A stretch of 37,134 bases of DNA, from the IMG/VR virus record IMGVR_UViG_2703719349_000005; one strand, written 5' to 3'. Shown piece after piece: positions 1-10,147 of this stretch. A model generated the notes under the pieces. It saw only the letters and a list, made by a program, of their open reading frames with translations. It had not been told where the DNA came from and did not search any database. Position 1 is the first letter of the stretch, and every line of letters starts with the position of its first letter. This DNA is from a virus. Taxonomy: Duplodnaviria; Heunggongvirae; Uroviricota; Caudoviricetes. The translations under genes were made by a program, and so were the position numbers.

Positions 1-1032
1 TCAAAAACTTGCTATTGATGTTGGTAGTGTTGCCAGCGGATTAAACCGTAATGCAGTTTCCAGGTGATCCGGTGCTAGATGTGCGTAACGCATAGTCATT
101 TTTATGTCGTGATGTCCGAGGATTTTTTGCAAAGCAAGGATATTTCCACCCGACATCATAAAATGCGCCGCAAACGTATGGCGCAGAACGTGTGTCAGTT
201 GACCGCGAGGGAGCACGATAGACGTTTTTTCCATCACGGATAAAAATTGAAAATAGCAGTCTGTGAAGAAATTGAACCCATCGAGCGCCATGATCTCTTC
301 GTAAAGCTCTTTACTGATAGGGATGCTTCTGTTTTTCTTCCCCTTCGTTCTGACAAAGGTAATTCGGTATTTGGTCACCTGTGAGCGGGTAAGGTTTATT
401 GCTTCTCGCCAGCGTGCGCCTGTGCTTAAGCATATCTTGACTACCAGTGCCAGAATTGGGTCCTGACGTTTGCAATCATCCAGCAGTTCAACAATCTGCT
501 CATGGGTAAGCCATGCCATCTCTTTTTCTGCGATGGTGAATTTTCGCATGTTCTCCAGTGGGTTTGGATACGACCATTCGCCCAGGCGGGATAGTTCGCT
601 AAAAACACTACTTAGATAGCTTTGCTCCAGGTTAATGGTGACCGGGCTGGCCCCTTTCTTCCATTTCTCGCTGAAGTAGATCTCACCTGTCAGTCGTTTA
701 TCTCGATAATGGGCAAACATTTTAGATGTGAGATCGGTTGCAAGGGGATTGCCCAGAGCGTCAACCATCAGCAGCAATTTGTCATAGACATGCTGCCCAG
801 CAGTCAGAGATTTACCATGTAGTTTGAACCATAGCTCAACCACGTCTTTCAGGGTTCGACGATCTACTGATTCGCCCAGCCAGGGCTTTGCTTCGGTTTC
901 TTCCATCGTGTGACGCTCAAAAGCCAGTGCTTCGCCTTTGGTGGCGAATTGTTTACGCACACGACGCCCACTACGTCCGGCGGGGTAACATTCGCAAAGC
1001 CATTTTCCTGTGGTGAGTTTTCGTACTGCCAT
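1..1032 (-). CDS. int: Tyrosine integrase, P2/186 family (3' end runs off the window start)
   Basis: Translation has C-terminal tyrosine-recombinase motifs (LRHTFA..., HHDIKMTMRYAHL). Likely start is ATG at 1032 (MAVRKLTTGKW) with GGAGG 6-7 nt upstream on the minus strand; the longer six-frame ORF from 1110 is probably an artefact. No stop before position 1. Confidence 0.88.
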   Translation of the reverse strand: MAVRKLTTGKWLCECYPAGRSGRRVRKQFATKGEALAFERHTMEETEAKPWLGESVDRRTLKDVVELWFKLHGKSLTAGQHVYDKLLLMVDALGNPLATDLTSKMFAHYRDKRLTGEIYFSEKWKKGASPVTINLEQSYLSSVFSELSRLGEWSYPNPLENMRKFTIAEKEMAWLTHEQIVELLDDCKRQDPILALVVKICLSTGARWREAINLTRSQVTKYRITFVRTKGKKNRSIPISKELYEEIMALDGFNFFTDCYFQFLSVMEKTSIVLPRGQLTHVLRHTFAAHFMMSGGNILALQKILGHHDIKMTMRYAHLAPDHLETALRFNPLATLPTSIASF

Positions 1033-1218
1033 AAAAAATGCCCTCCAATAGAGAGCATTTTTACTGTATGTATAACCAGTGTCAATGTATGAAATCTTGC
1101 GACCATACATCTCACTGAAGCCATAATGAAGTTGGCTATTTTTTGCTATGTGAGTATGTGACTTTTGCGGTTAGCCTGCGGCTCATTGTTATATTAGGCG
1201 CAGATATAAAAGCAAAAA

Positions 1219-1410
1219 TTATCGCGAGTTTTTAGTACAGATTTTTTTTGATTTACTAATGGTTCCATCATTGCAAACGAACTTTCCATCGGAGGTACAG
1301 TGAGAGACACCTCCCTTTTTCCCAGAACAAGGATAATTTTTAGCATAGGTAGTTAGTGGGTTTAATAACAAAGAGCATGATAAAACCACAAAAAATACCT
1401 TACCAAGCAT
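1219..1410 (-). CDS. Small secreted Cys-rich peptide (63 aa, signal peptide + ~40-aa Lys/Cys-rich mature part), unknown function
   Basis: Hydrophobic N-terminus ([19 protein letters not shown]) then [45 protein letters not shown] Shine-Dalgarno 7 nt before the ATG at 1410. Sits 15 bp downstream of the repressor gene on the same strand. AT-rich. Confidence 0.5.
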   Translation of the reverse strand: MLGKVFFVVLSCSLLLNPLTTYAKNYPCSGKKGGVSHCTSDGKFVCNDGTISKSKKICTKNSR

Positions 1411-1425
1411 AGTTTACTCCCGGTA

Positions 1426-2001
1426 TTACCTAACGTACTTAATTGTTAAACTTATAATTTTTCCAATTATTTCAACATCTTCTATCTTGCACTCGAAGGA
1501 TCTGTTTCCACCTTCAACGAAGATTCTTCCACCGGGTAAACGAGTAATGTCGCGGATTGTTATTTCGCCATCAATACTTATTACCCATTTACCATCACGT
1601 ATATCATCAAATTCTTTATCACAAATAAATTCAGAATTGTTATCTGTGATGACAAAAGGTTTTTTAAACGTAGAGGGTAGAAATCCCTTATCAAAAATAT
1701 AAAAACCGTCTTCACGCAAGGCACCATCAGATAATACATACTTAGCAACTTCCATCGTATTTGTATTACCTGAAGTTTGCTTTGAACCATGTCCAGTTGT
1801 GAGCCAATTAAGCGAGGTGCCCGTTTCAAGGGCGCACTGGATTACCCATTCTGCTGGGAATGAGTCACGCATGTAGCGTGTAGCGAGTGTACTTTTAGAG
1901 ATTCCTAAATGATCGCACAACGCCTGTCGAGTTTTGAATCCATAAGCTTCTACCATGCGCTCTATAGCGCCTCGTCCGCCTTTCTCCAAATTCATGGTCA
2001 C
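1426..2001 (-). CDS. cI: CI-like immunity repressor (186-type, ~190 aa, N-terminal HTH)
   Basis: 191-aa ORF facing int, with an HTH-like N-terminus (TRQALCDHLGISKSTLATRYMRD). Size and position match phage 186 CI rather than the 99-aa P2 C. Confidence 0.75.
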   Translation of the reverse strand: MTMNLEKGGRGAIERMVEAYGFKTRQALCDHLGISKSTLATRYMRDSFPAEWVIQCALETGTSLNWLTTGHGSKQTSGNTNTMEVAKYVLSDGALREDGFYIFDKGFLPSTFKKPFVITDNNSEFICDKEFDDIRDGKWVISIDGEITIRDITRLPGGRIFVEGGNRSFECKIEDVEIIGKIISLTIKYVR

Positions 2002-2039
2002 CCCAAGTGAACTTTTATCTTGACGATTTCATGATGCGA

Positions 2040-2068
2040 TCGTATGTTTATGGTGTTCACAAAATACA
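2040..2068 (+). promoter_or_regulatory. Candidate sigma70 early lytic promoter (pR-like): -35 TTGACG (2040-2045), 17-nt spacer, -10 TATGTT (2063-2068)
   Basis: Hexamers read directly in the repressor/apl intergenic region, oriented toward apl-cII. Confidence 0.35.
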
Positions 2069-2120
2069 AACGATCCGTATTCGTCCTGATTAATCATCAT
2101 TAAACGAGGAATGTTGCATC

Positions 2121-2342
2121 ATGAGACCTAACATTTCAATCACTCTTACCACGCCTCATGTGACTATTGAACGCTATAGCGAGCTGACAGGACTGTCCAT
2201 CGATACCATCAATGACATGTTGGCTGATGGACGCCTTATCCGTCACCGTTTGCGCAAAGATAAAAAACGCGAAAAAGTGATGATCAACATAGCAGCCATG
2301 ACCGTTGATGCGCTTTCAGAATGCAATCTAAACCTTAATTAG
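2121..2342 (+). CDS. apl: Apl/Cox-like small DNA-binding protein (excisionase / switch regulator)
   Basis: 73-aa basic ORF, first gene of the rightward early operon, divergent from the repressor. Assignment is by position and size only. Confidence 0.5.
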   Translation: MRPNISITLTTPHVTIERYSELTGLSIDTINDMLADGRLIRHRLRKDKKREKVMINIAAMTVDALSECNLNLN

Positions 2343-2368
2343 TTCGATTCTGAAATACATCAGAGGCA

Positions 2369-2884
2369 TTGACCATGTTTGATTACCAAGTTTCCAAACA
2401 TCCACATTTTGATGAAGCCTGTCGTGCATTTGCACTGCGCCACAATCTGGTGCAACTGGCAGAACGTGCAGGCATGAATGTGCAGATTCTGCGGAACAAG
2501 CTGAACCCAGCTCAGCCTCATTTATTAACCGCACCAGAAATCTGGCTGCTTACCGATCTGACTGAAGATTCAACGCTGGTAGATGGTTTTCTGGCACAGA
2601 TTCACTGCCTGCCATGTGTACCGATTAATGAGGTTGCAAAAGAGAAACAGCCGCATTACGTCATGAGCGCAACTGCAGAGATCGGACGTGTTGCAGCAGG
2701 TGCGGTATCTGGTGATGTAAAAACTAGTGCCGGTCGTCGTGATGCTATCAGCAGCATTAACTCTGTAACACGACTGATGGCGCTGGCTGCTGTTTCATTG
2801 CAGGCCCGTTTACAGGCTAATCCTGCGATGGCGAGTGCAGTTGATACCGTGACTGGCCTCGGTGCTTCATTCGGTTTGCTGTGA
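2369..2884 (+). CDS. cII: CII-like lysogeny establishment regulator (186 CII family)
   Basis: 171-aa ORF whose translation ([24 protein letters not shown]...[40 protein letters not shown]...) matches my recollection of 186 CII in size and sequence. Confidence 0.7.
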   Translation: MTMFDYQVSKHPHFDEACRAFALRHNLVQLAERAGMNVQILRNKLNPAQPHLLTAPEIWLLTDLTEDSTLVDGFLAQIHCLPCVPINEVAKEKQPHYVMSATAEIGRVAAGAVSGDVKTSAGRRDAISSINSVTRLMALAAVSLQARLQANPAMASAVDTVTGLGASFGLL

Positions 2885-2891
2885 GGTGCTT

Positions 2892-3092
2892 ATGCTGACG
2901 AAAGAACCATCATTTGCATCGCTGCTGGTAAAACAAAGCCCGGCAATGCACTACGGTCACGGCTGGATCATGGGTGAGGATGGTAAACGCTGGCATCCGT
3001 GCCGTTCACAAGATGAATTGCTGGCAGAACTATCTACGAAAAAACGGGGGAACAAATGGCTATTGAAGGCGCTGCGGCGACTGTTCCATTAA
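2892..3092 (+). CDS. Hypothetical early protein (~66 aa)
   Basis: ORF with GAGG 5 nt upstream of ATG at 2892, starting just after the cII stop. No recognisable motifs. Confidence 0.4.
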   Translation: MLTKEPSFASLLVKQSPAMHYGHGWIMGEDGKRWHPCRSQDELLAELSTKKRGNKWLLKALRRLFH

Positions 3093-3397
3093 GCCCCGGT
3101 GAACGCCTGAATGGACTTAATCACATAGCGGAATTAAGGGCGAAAGTTTTTGGCCTGAATATTGAGTCAGAGCTTGAGCGGTTTATTAAAGATATGCGTG
3201 ATCCACGGGATATCAATAACGAACAAAATAAACGAGCACTGGCAGCCATATTCTTTATGGCAAAAATTCCGGCTGAACGTCATAGCATCAGCATCAATGA
3301 GCTGACCACTGACGAAAAGCGGGAGTTGATTAAAGCAATGAATCATTTTCGTGCAGTGGTGAGCTTATTTCCCAGACGGCTAACCATGCCGAATTAA
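3056..3397 (+). CDS. Hypothetical early protein (113 aa)
   Basis: ORF in the early operon; no recognisable motifs. Confidence 0.45.
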   Translation: MAIEGAAATVPLSPGERLNGLNHIAELRAKVFGLNIESELERFIKDMRDPRDINNEQNKRALAAIFFMAKIPAERHSISINELTTDEKRELIKAMNHFRAVVSLFPRRLTMPN

Positions 3398-3464
3398 CCA
3401 ACTAATGAAATTAATGGCGTAAACCCGCCGGGTATCCCTTTATCTAAATTCAGGAGAATTGATT

Positions 3465-3698
3465 ATGCGTAATATTGAAATCCTCACGACTAAAACCGGA
3501 CCGGATGATGCAGGGCTTAATATTTTACTGACAGAGGCTCGTCTGGAAGAACGCCGGGCAAGGGCTGAAGCAATGGCAGCTCGCCTTGATAGCCTGGCGT
3601 GTCATATCTCATCCCGTCAGCTAAACCACGTGGAAGCGGCAGAACTGCTGCGTGTGACTGCTGAAGCAATCCAGAACGAAGCGCAGGAGATCCACTAA
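3465..3698 (+). CDS. Hypothetical early protein (77 aa)
   Basis: AGGAG-like site upstream of ATG at 3465; coiled-coil-like sequence. Confidence 0.45.
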   Translation: MRNIEILTTKTGPDDAGLNILLTEARLEERRARAEAMAARLDSLACHISSRQLNHVEAAELLRVTAEAIQNEAQEIH

Positions 3699-3925
3699 TG
3701 GCTGATGCAATGGATCTCGTACAGCAGCGCGTTGAAGAAGAACGCCAGCGCCATATCCGTGCTGCCCGTGCCAAAACACCGGGCGTGTCTCGCGTGCTTT
3801 GCATTGAGTGTGAAGCGCCAATTCCGCCAGCACGCCGCCGTGCCATTCCGGGTGTGCAGCTTTGCATTACCTGTCAGGAAATCGCAGAGCTGAAAGGCAA
3901 ACATTACAACGGAGGTGCTGTATGA
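3698..3925 (+). CDS. TraR/DksA-family C4 zinc-finger protein
   Basis: C-x2-C...C-x2-C motif (CIECEAPIPPARRRAIPGVQLCITCQ) in a 75-aa protein. Start overlaps the upstream stop (ATGA). Confidence 0.6.
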   Translation: MADAMDLVQQRVEEERQRHIRAARAKTPGVSRVLCIECEAPIPPARRRAIPGVQLCITCQEIAELKGKHYNGGAV

Positions 3926-4776
3926 GCACTATCCTGAAATGGGCGGGAAATAAAACCGCCATAATGTCCGAACTGAAAAAACACCTTCCTGCTGGCCCGC
4001 GACTGGTTGAACCTTTCGCGGGTTCCTGTGCTGTGATGATGGAGACGGATTACCCCAGCTATCTGGTTGCGGATATTAATCCTGATTTAATCAACCTCTA
4101 TAAAAAGGTTGCCGCTGATTGTGAATCGTTTATATCTCGCGCCAGAGTTTTATTTGAGATCGCAAACAGGGAGGTGGCTTATTACAACATAAGGCAGGAG
4201 TTTAATTACTCCACTGAAATTACTGATTTCATGAAAGCGGTATATTTTCTGTATCTCAATCGTCACGGTTACCGTGGTTTATGCCGCTATAACAAGAGCG
4301 GGCATTTCAACATTCCCTACGGTAATTATAAAAATCCGTATTTCCCTGAAAAAGAAATTCGCGCATTTGCAGAAAAAGCCCAGCGGGCAACGTTTTTCTG
4401 CGCCAGCTTTGATGAAACGCTGGCGATGTTGAAGGCGGGGGATGTGGTGTATTGCGATCCGCCGTATGACGGTACGTTTTCCGGCTATCACACTGATGGT
4501 TTCACTGAAGATGACCAGTATCACCTGGCATCCGTTCTTGAACATCGAGCATCTGAAGGACATCCGGTCATTGTTTCTAACAGTGACACGTCTTTGACCC
4601 GGTCTCTTTATCGTAATTTCACTCACCACTACATCAGGGCGAAACGCAGCATCGGCGTTGCAGCGGGGGAGGGAAAATTTGCAACAGAGATGATTGCCAC
4701 TAAATCTGCTAATTGGTTTAGTGCCGATTTTAGTAGGGGACGTGACTCTACTGTTATTTTCGGGGTGCAAGTGTGA
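3922..4776 (+). CDS. dam: DNA adenine (N6) methyltransferase, Dam family
   Basis: Translation [11 protein letters not shown]...EPFAGS...[16 protein letters not shown]...YCDPPY has the Dam SAM-binding and DPPY catalytic motifs. GGAGG upstream of ATG at 3922. Confidence 0.9.
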   Translation: MSTILKWAGNKTAIMSELKKHLPAGPRLVEPFAGSCAVMMETDYPSYLVADINPDLINLYKKVAADCESFISRARVLFEIANREVAYYNIRQEFNYSTEITDFMKAVYFLYLNRHGYRGLCRYNKSGHFNIPYGNYKNPYFPEKEIRAFAEKAQRATFFCASFDETLAMLKAGDVVYCDPPYDGTFSGYHTDGFTEDDQYHLASVLEHRASEGHPVIVSNSDTSLTRSLYRNFTHHYIRAKRSIGVAAGEGKFATEMIATKSANWFSADFSRGRDSTVIFGVQV

Positions 4777-5603
4777 AAGAAATGCACCACGGAATTCATC
4801 ATTTCCATGGGACGCCTGTCTGGGGAAGTGCTGGCGACGTTCATCGTATTGCGGTGAGCGGAGCTGGTGCTTTCGTCTCCTATGTACGACCAGATCAGAT
4901 TGCGGCGTCCATTCAGCACGCTCAGGTCGTTGGCATTGATAACGGCGCATTTTCTGCATGGGGGCGTGGGCTAAAAATTAACTGGAGTGATTTTTATAAA
5001 TGGCTCCTGAACTATTACCACCATCCTAAGGTCGCTTTTTTTGTCATTCCTGATGTTGTGGACGGAGGTGAACGTGACAATGATGCCCTGATAAACGAAG
5101 TTCCGAAAATGTTCTACGGGAAGGCAACTCCCGTCTGGCATCTGCACGAGTCAATCGATCGGCTTATCGAGTTATGTCGTGAATGGCCTCGTGTCTGCTT
5201 TGGATCGTCTGGTGAATATGCGGCTATTAGAACTGCGCACTGGCATCGTCGTATGCAGGACGCTTTTGAAGCAATTTATTGCCGACACAATTTCAAAACA
5301 GCTGTTCATGGTTTGCGCATGCTTGACGGTCGTGTGTTGGGAAATTACCCACTGGCGACTGCCGACAGTACAAATCTTGCCTGCAATGTCCCCAAATTTA
5401 ATAGCAAATATCCTGAGCTTACGCGGGCTATTCAGGAGGCTGAGTATTCGCGCAATCTGACGGAAAAGGAGCTGAAAGCTGTCATTCTGAAAAACCGTTG
5501 CGCAATTTTAAAAGGTGCAATTGAAGCTGTTCGCCCACCTTCAGTTTCTGACTGGCTGTCGAATGGTTTGCAGCCTTCACAGCTCGAACTGGAGATTGCG
5601 TAA
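4773..5603 (+). CDS. Conserved phage protein, possibly TGT-fold / DpdA-like (DNA 7-deazaguanine transglycosylase-like)
   Basis: 276-aa ORF overlapping the dam stop (GTGTGA; GTG at 4773 or ATG at 4782). Weak resemblance to tRNA-guanine transglycosylase motifs: [10 protein letters not shown] (cf. DSGGFQ), [15 protein letters not shown]. No C-terminal zinc motif. The family call is tentative. Confidence 0.4.
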   Translation: MKEMHHGIHHFHGTPVWGSAGDVHRIAVSGAGAFVSYVRPDQIAASIQHAQVVGIDNGAFSAWGRGLKINWSDFYKWLLNYYHHPKVAFFVIPDVVDGGERDNDALINEVPKMFYGKATPVWHLHESIDRLIELCREWPRVCFGSSGEYAAIRTAHWHRRMQDAFEAIYCRHNFKTAVHGLRMLDGRVLGNYPLATADSTNLACNVPKFNSKYPELTRAIQEAEYSRNLTEKELKAVILKNRCAILKGAIEAVRPPSVSDWLSNGLQPSQLELEIA

Positions 5604-7975
5604 TGAACTACAGCTATTCCTGGAATGCTGAGAAAAAAGCAATCAATCCTTACGTAGAGACAGAAGAGCAATCTTCAGTTTCTGCGCTTTCAAACCTGAT
5701 CGCTCTGTACGCTGCCGATAACGAGCAGGAACACCTGCGCCGCGAGGTACTGAGTGATCAGGTCTGGGAGCGTTATTTCTTTAATGAATCCCGTGATCCT
5801 GTCCAGCGCGAAATGGAGCAGGATAAGCTCATTAGTCGGGCAAAGCTGGCGCATGAGCAGCAGCGTTTTAATCCAGATATGGTCATTCTGGCGGACGTCA
5901 ATGCCCAGCCTTCCCATATCAGCAAGCCGCTGATGCAACGTATTGAATACTTCAGCAGCCTTGGCAGGCCAAAGGCTTATTCCCGCTATTTGCGTGAGAC
6001 GATTAAGCCATGTCTGGAACGGCTGGAGCATGTACGCGACAGTCAGCTATCCACTTCTTTTCGCTTTATGGCAAGCCATGAAGGGCTGGACGGCCTGCTG
6101 ATTCTGCCTGAAATGAGTCAGGATCAGGTGAAACGCCTGTCCACCCTGGTAGCTGCGCATATGAGTATGTGCCTTGATGTAGCTTGTGGTGATTTGTATG
6201 CCACCGATGATGTTAAGCCAGAAGAAATCCGCAAGACATGGGAAAAGGTGGCTGCAGAAACCCTGCGACTGGATGTCATACCGCCTGCGTTTGAGCAACT
6301 CCGCCGGAAAAGAAACCGCCGCAAACCTGTGCCTTATGAACTCATCCCGGGTTCGCTGGCGCGTATGCTGTGCGCCGACTGGTGGTATCGGAAATTATGG
6401 AAGATGCGTTGCGAATGGCGGGAAGAGCAGTTGCGTGCTGTCTGCCTGGTCAGCAAAAAAGCATCTCCCTATGTCAGCTATGAAGCCGTGATGCATAAAC
6501 GTGAGCAGCGCCGTAAGTCGCTGGAGTTTTTCCGTTCTCATGAACTGGTGAACGAAGACGGCGACACGCTGAACATGGAGGATGTGGTAAACGCCAGCAG
6601 CAGCAACCCGGCGCATCGCCGCAACGAGATGATGGCCTGTGTTAAAGGCCTGGAGCTTATCGCGGAAATGCGTGGTGACTGCGCCGTTTTCTACACCATC
6701 ACCTGTCCGTCACGTTTCCATTCCACGCTAAATAACGGCAGGCCAAACCCGACCTGGACCAACGCGACAGTAAGACAAAGCAGTGATTATTTGGTCGGCA
6801 TGTTTGCTGCATTTCGTAAGGCGATGCACAAAGCCGGATTGCGCTGGTATGGCGTGCGGGTGGCTGAGCCGCATCATGACGGTACAGTTCACTGGCACCT
6901 GTTGTGTTTTATGCGCAAAAAAGACCGCCGCGCCATCACTGCATTACTGCGTAAGTTTGCCATTCGTGAAGACCGCGAGGAGCTGGGTAATAACACGGGA
7001 CCACGCTTTAAGTCTGAGCTGATAAACCCGCGCAAAGGTACGCCAACAAGCTACATCGCGAAATACATCAGTAAGAACATTGACGGGCGTGGTCTGGCTG
7101 GTGAGATCAGCAAGGAAACGGGTAAATCCCTGCGTGATAACGCTGAATACGTTAATGCCTGGGCGTCTCTGCATCGTGTTCAGCAATTCCGCTTCTTTGG
7201 TATTCCGGGGCGTCAGGCTTACCGTGAACTGCGATTGCTGGCTGGTCAGGCGGCAAGGCAGCAGGGGGACAAAAAAGCAGGTGCGCCGGTACTGGATAAC
7301 CCACGCCTTGATGCCATCCTGGCTGCTGCTGATGCTGGCTGTTTTGCCACCTACATCATGAAGCAGGGCGGCGTGCTGGTTCCCCGCAAATATCACCTTA
7401 TCAGAACAGCTTATGAAATTAACGAAGAGCCGACCGCCTATGGCGATCACGGTATTCGTATTTATGGCATCTGGTCACCCATTGCAGAGGGTAAGATCTG
7501 CACTCATGCAGTGAAGTGGAAAATGGTTCGTAAAGCCGTTGACGTTCAGGAGGCGGCAGCCGACCAGGGCGCTTGCGCCCCTTGGACTCGTGGCAATAAC
7601 TGTCCCCTTGCTGAAAATTTGAACCAACATGAGAAAGATGAATCAGCAGATGGGGATACCAGAACGGACATTACCTGCATGGATGACAAGGAATTGCACG
7701 ATTACCTGCACAGTATGAGCAAAAAAGAGCGCCGGGAACTGGCAGCAAGATTGCGCCTGGTTAAACCGAAACGGCGTAAAGACTACAAACAGCGAATTAC
7801 AGAGTATCAGCGTCAGCAGCTCGTCTATGAACTGAAGTCCAGAGGATTTGATGGCAGCGAGAAAGAGGTCGATTTGCTCCTTTGCGGTGGCAGTATTCCG
7901 TCAGGAGCAGGCCTGCGTATCTTCTATCGGAACCAGCGTTTGCAGGAAGATGATAAGTGGCGGAACCTGTATTAA
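5603..7975 (+). CDS. A: Replication initiation protein A (rolling-circle nickase)
   Basis: 790-aa ORF at the P2 gene A position, with HxH-type metal motif ([10 protein letters not shown]) and a tyrosine region ([11 protein letters not shown]) typical of gpA. Confidence 0.88.
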   Translation: MNYSYSWNAEKKAINPYVETEEQSSVSALSNLIALYAADNEQEHLRREVLSDQVWERYFFNESRDPVQREMEQDKLISRAKLAHEQQRFNPDMVILADVNAQPSHISKPLMQRIEYFSSLGRPKAYSRYLRETIKPCLERLEHVRDSQLSTSFRFMASHEGLDGLLILPEMSQDQVKRLSTLVAAHMSMCLDVACGDLYATDDVKPEEIRKTWEKVAAETLRLDVIPPAFEQLRRKRNRRKPVPYELIPGSLARMLCADWWYRKLWKMRCEWREEQLRAVCLVSKKASPYVSYEAVMHKREQRRKSLEFFRSHELVNEDGDTLNMEDVVNASSSNPAHRRNEMMACVKGLELIAEMRGDCAVFYTITCPSRFHSTLNNGRPNPTWTNATVRQSSDYLVGMFAAFRKAMHKAGLRWYGVRVAEPHHDGTVHWHLLCFMRKKDRRAITALLRKFAIREDREELGNNTGPRFKSELINPRKGTPTSYIAKYISKNIDGRGLAGEISKETGKSLRDNAEYVNAWASLHRVQQFRFFGIPGRQAYRELRLLAGQAARQQGDKKAGAPVLDNPRLDAILAAADAGCFATYIMKQGGVLVPRKYHLIRTAYEINEEPTAYGDHGIRIYGIWSPIAEGKICTHAVKWKMVRKAVDVQEAAADQGACAPWTRGNNCPLAENLNQHEKDESADGDTRTDITCMDDKELHDYLHSMSKKERRELAARLRLVKPKRRKDYKQRITEYQRQQLVYELKSRGFDGSEKEVDLLLCGGSIPSGAGLRIFYRNQRLQEDDKWRNLY

Positions 7976-8129
7976 TCACGCGGGTTAACAATTCGTGCTC
8001 TTAATAATACCAGGCATATCAGGCTGATGAACGTAAAAAAACGTTTTACATCAGTAAGATTATTATATACTGTAAATATAAACAGTGGTTATATGTACAG
8101 TATTGCGTATGGTGTTATAGGAGGAAAGA

Positions 8130-8317
8130 TGCAGGACTATTTTTTGGAGTCTTTGAAGCTCCAGCGCATTGATTTTTTTCTTAAGCTTGTAGCGGCTAGT
8201 GAGTGTAGTGATGAAGAGAAGGGGCTAGCTCTGCAGTGGGTTTCTGAATTGACTGATGAGTTGATGGCGAAAATTCGAAGCCATGAATACAGTAGGTCGA
8301 TGGATGTAATCAGTTGA
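8130..8317 (+). CDS. Small hypothetical protein (62 aa)
   Basis: AGGAGG 5 nt before ATG at 8130; a hairpin follows downstream. AT-rich. The longer six-frame ORF from 8027 is probably upstream extension. Confidence 0.45.
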
Positions 8318-8350
8318 GCTTGTTTCGTTAGGACTTGATAAGGGAACCGA

Positions 8351-8369
8351 AAAGGGGCATTAAGCCCCT
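8351..8369. terminator. Bidirectional stem-loop between convergent genes
   Basis: AAGGGGC-attaa-GCCCCTT inverted repeat between the 8130..8317 (+) gene and the 8385..8684 (-) gene. Confidence 0.4.
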
Positions 8370-8384
8370 TTCTCATAAGTTGAT

Positions 8385-8684
8385 TTAGTTGTTACCCAAA
8401 GAGCCGGCCATGGCTGCATATTTAATTTCTTCGCTGGGTATTTCAGGATGTAGTTGAATTTGCCTGATGATATAGCCAGGAACTTCTTCACTCCACAGTT
8501 TCGCCGCGTCCTTACAGACCTTATACGCGAAGTCTCTATTCTCAAAGGCATAGGATTTTCCGTATGCATATTGCTGACAGGCATGAACATAAGCTCCGAA
8601 GTCGCCGTCTTTATCTGGCAAAGCACATCCAGCTAAGGCTATGATGATTGCTACTAACGTAAAGGAGAAAGTTATACGTTTCAT
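8385..8684 (-). CDS. Small lipoprotein (99 aa), unknown function
   Basis: Signal peptide with lipobox (MKRITFSFTLVAIIIALAGC). Confidence 0.6.
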   Translation of the reverse strand: MKRITFSFTLVAIIIALAGCALPDKDGDFGAYVHACQQYAYGKSYAFENRDFAYKVCKDAAKLWSEEVPGYIIRQIQLHPEIPSEEIKYAAMAGSLGNN

Positions 8685-8792
8685 GGTCTCTTTCTAAGCG
8701 TTTAGCATTATTTAACTAAGGGGTATCTGCCGTGATTTGGTAGTCCCTGATATATATTCTCAGGGACTATGCTGAAGTAGCTTTAATTTTGA

Positions 8793-9600
8793 TTATTTAG
8801 AAAGGTACTTATCTCTAAGTTGATTCAGTCTGTCAGCATCGCGTTCTGAAAACTCGGCGTCACCATAGATCGATTTCCCATCTGCGTCTTCAAGGCCAAT
8901 GACTGTGACGGTAAATATAGCATCAGCCGGAACTTTAAGTTTTCCCCAATCAGAGTATCTATTAGGGGCTAATTTCCAGTTGGCTTTCTCACCTGGTTCC
9001 AGACCTCCAGAAATTTTATAGTTGAAGACGTCAGAGAACCAAGGGACGCTTCTTCCTGGGCTGGCAATAACTCCTTTGAAGAATACTCTGGCAACCGCTT
9101 TGTCTGTTCCGTTTTCAACGCTAATATCCAGAATTGGCTGATCATTGCCGTAATCCTCTTTCTGGAAATAAAAACGGGAACGTTCGACCTTGAAGGCTTT
9201 CATTTTTTCCGCAGCCTGTGTTGCAGAGGTTTGTTTGGCTTCCAGTTCTTTTATTTCTTGCAGAGCCTGTTCTTTCTCTCTCTTCTCACGCTCAAGGCGA
9301 ATAGTTTGTGCGTAATTTATAACCTCATCACCAGTTTTACCTTCCAACGCTGACTTAATTTTTGTTTCGTAGACGTCCCCAGAAGACGTTCCAGCCTGCA
9401 TTAGCTCTCTCATGTTGATTTGGCTAAAGGCAACGACTTTAACTGCATCATCAAACTGAGCTTTTTTATCTGCAGGTAAGGACTCTCTTACTTTTTGAAT
9501 GGACTCTTTCATCGACTGATCGCTTGATGCATCGATCTTCGGTTTGTCACAAGCAGTAAGCAGCAGAGCAAAAGCAATTACGCCAGTTAATTTCTTCATA
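8793..9600 (-). CDS. Lipoprotein with central coiled-coil (269 aa), unknown function
   Basis: Likely start is ATG at 9600 (MKKLTGVIAFALLLTACDKP, lipobox LTAC). Central EREKREKEQALQEIKELEAKQ coiled-coil and a beta-rich C-terminal half. The six-frame ORF extends to 9671 but the lipobox start is preferred. Confidence 0.6.
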
Positions 9601-10128
9601 TCCCTATCCCAATCGTAAAAAAACAAGGCTAATCCTAACAGGATTAGCGGGCATGACAAACTCATAGCCATATAGGTGTGCTGTATAAATTAGCGGGATG
9701 AGAAAGCCTGCACAGACCCTCATGTTGAAACTTGATTTTAGCTCAAAAGAGCTGACACTAAATAACTGCGCGGAATAATGCTCCACTTTCGGTTAGCCCT
9801 TGGCCCTTGGCCCTTGCTGGGTAAGGCGTGGGGCCGTTTTCTTCGCCTGATCCTGCTGTATCTGGCCTACAGTAGGTTGTCCTTACGCGACATGCCACAT
9901 GTCAGTAAACGGCAGGTGTAGCAGTATTAGACGCAGCTATTTAGTGTGTATTAAGCTGGCTCATATTTATGACTGGTTTCAAGGTTTGACCGATTTTCAT
10001 GTCATGCATGTCTATGCTGCATGAGTTCGCATGATCGTTTGAGGATCGGTTTGGCTAAGACATGCCAGAACTGGCGGGCTTTTGCTCATGTCATGCAGGT
10101 GCATGAAAACTACTACATAAAGCGGGCA

Positions 10129-10147
10129 GGCGTGGCGGGGATACGAG
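10129..10147. other. Candidate cos (cohesive-end) site
   Basis: GGCGTGGCGGGGATACGAG shares its first 13 nt with the recalled 186 cohesive end (GGCGTGGCGGGGAAAGCAT; P2 GGCGAGGCGGGGAAAGCAC). Lies in a ~670-bp non-coding region at the expected map position between the A-side cargo and Q. Confidence 0.45.

Noticed and set aside
1062-1080. LexA-box-like sequence TACTGTATGTATAACCAGT (CTG-N10-CAG) upstream of int
   Set aside because: One mismatch to the CTGT-N8-ACAG consensus in an AT-rich region; P2-like int is not known to be SOS-controlled and I cannot compute a heterology index. Possibly chance.
1033-1110. N-terminal extension of the integrase ORF (MYGRKISYIDTGYTYSKNALYWRAFF...)
   Set aside because: The internal ATG at 1032 has a strong GGAGG RBS and gives a typical integrase N-terminus; the upstream extension is probably a six-frame artefact.
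4279-4959. 226-aa minus-strand ORF overlapping dam and the downstream gene
   Set aside because: Antisense to two well-supported, translationally coupled genes; Arg-rich translation typical of a spurious frame.
9604-9786. 60-aa minus-strand ORF upstream of the lipoprotein gene
   Set aside because: No RBS, lies in the presumed promoter/cos region, and the translation is hydrophobic low-complexity; likely non-coding.
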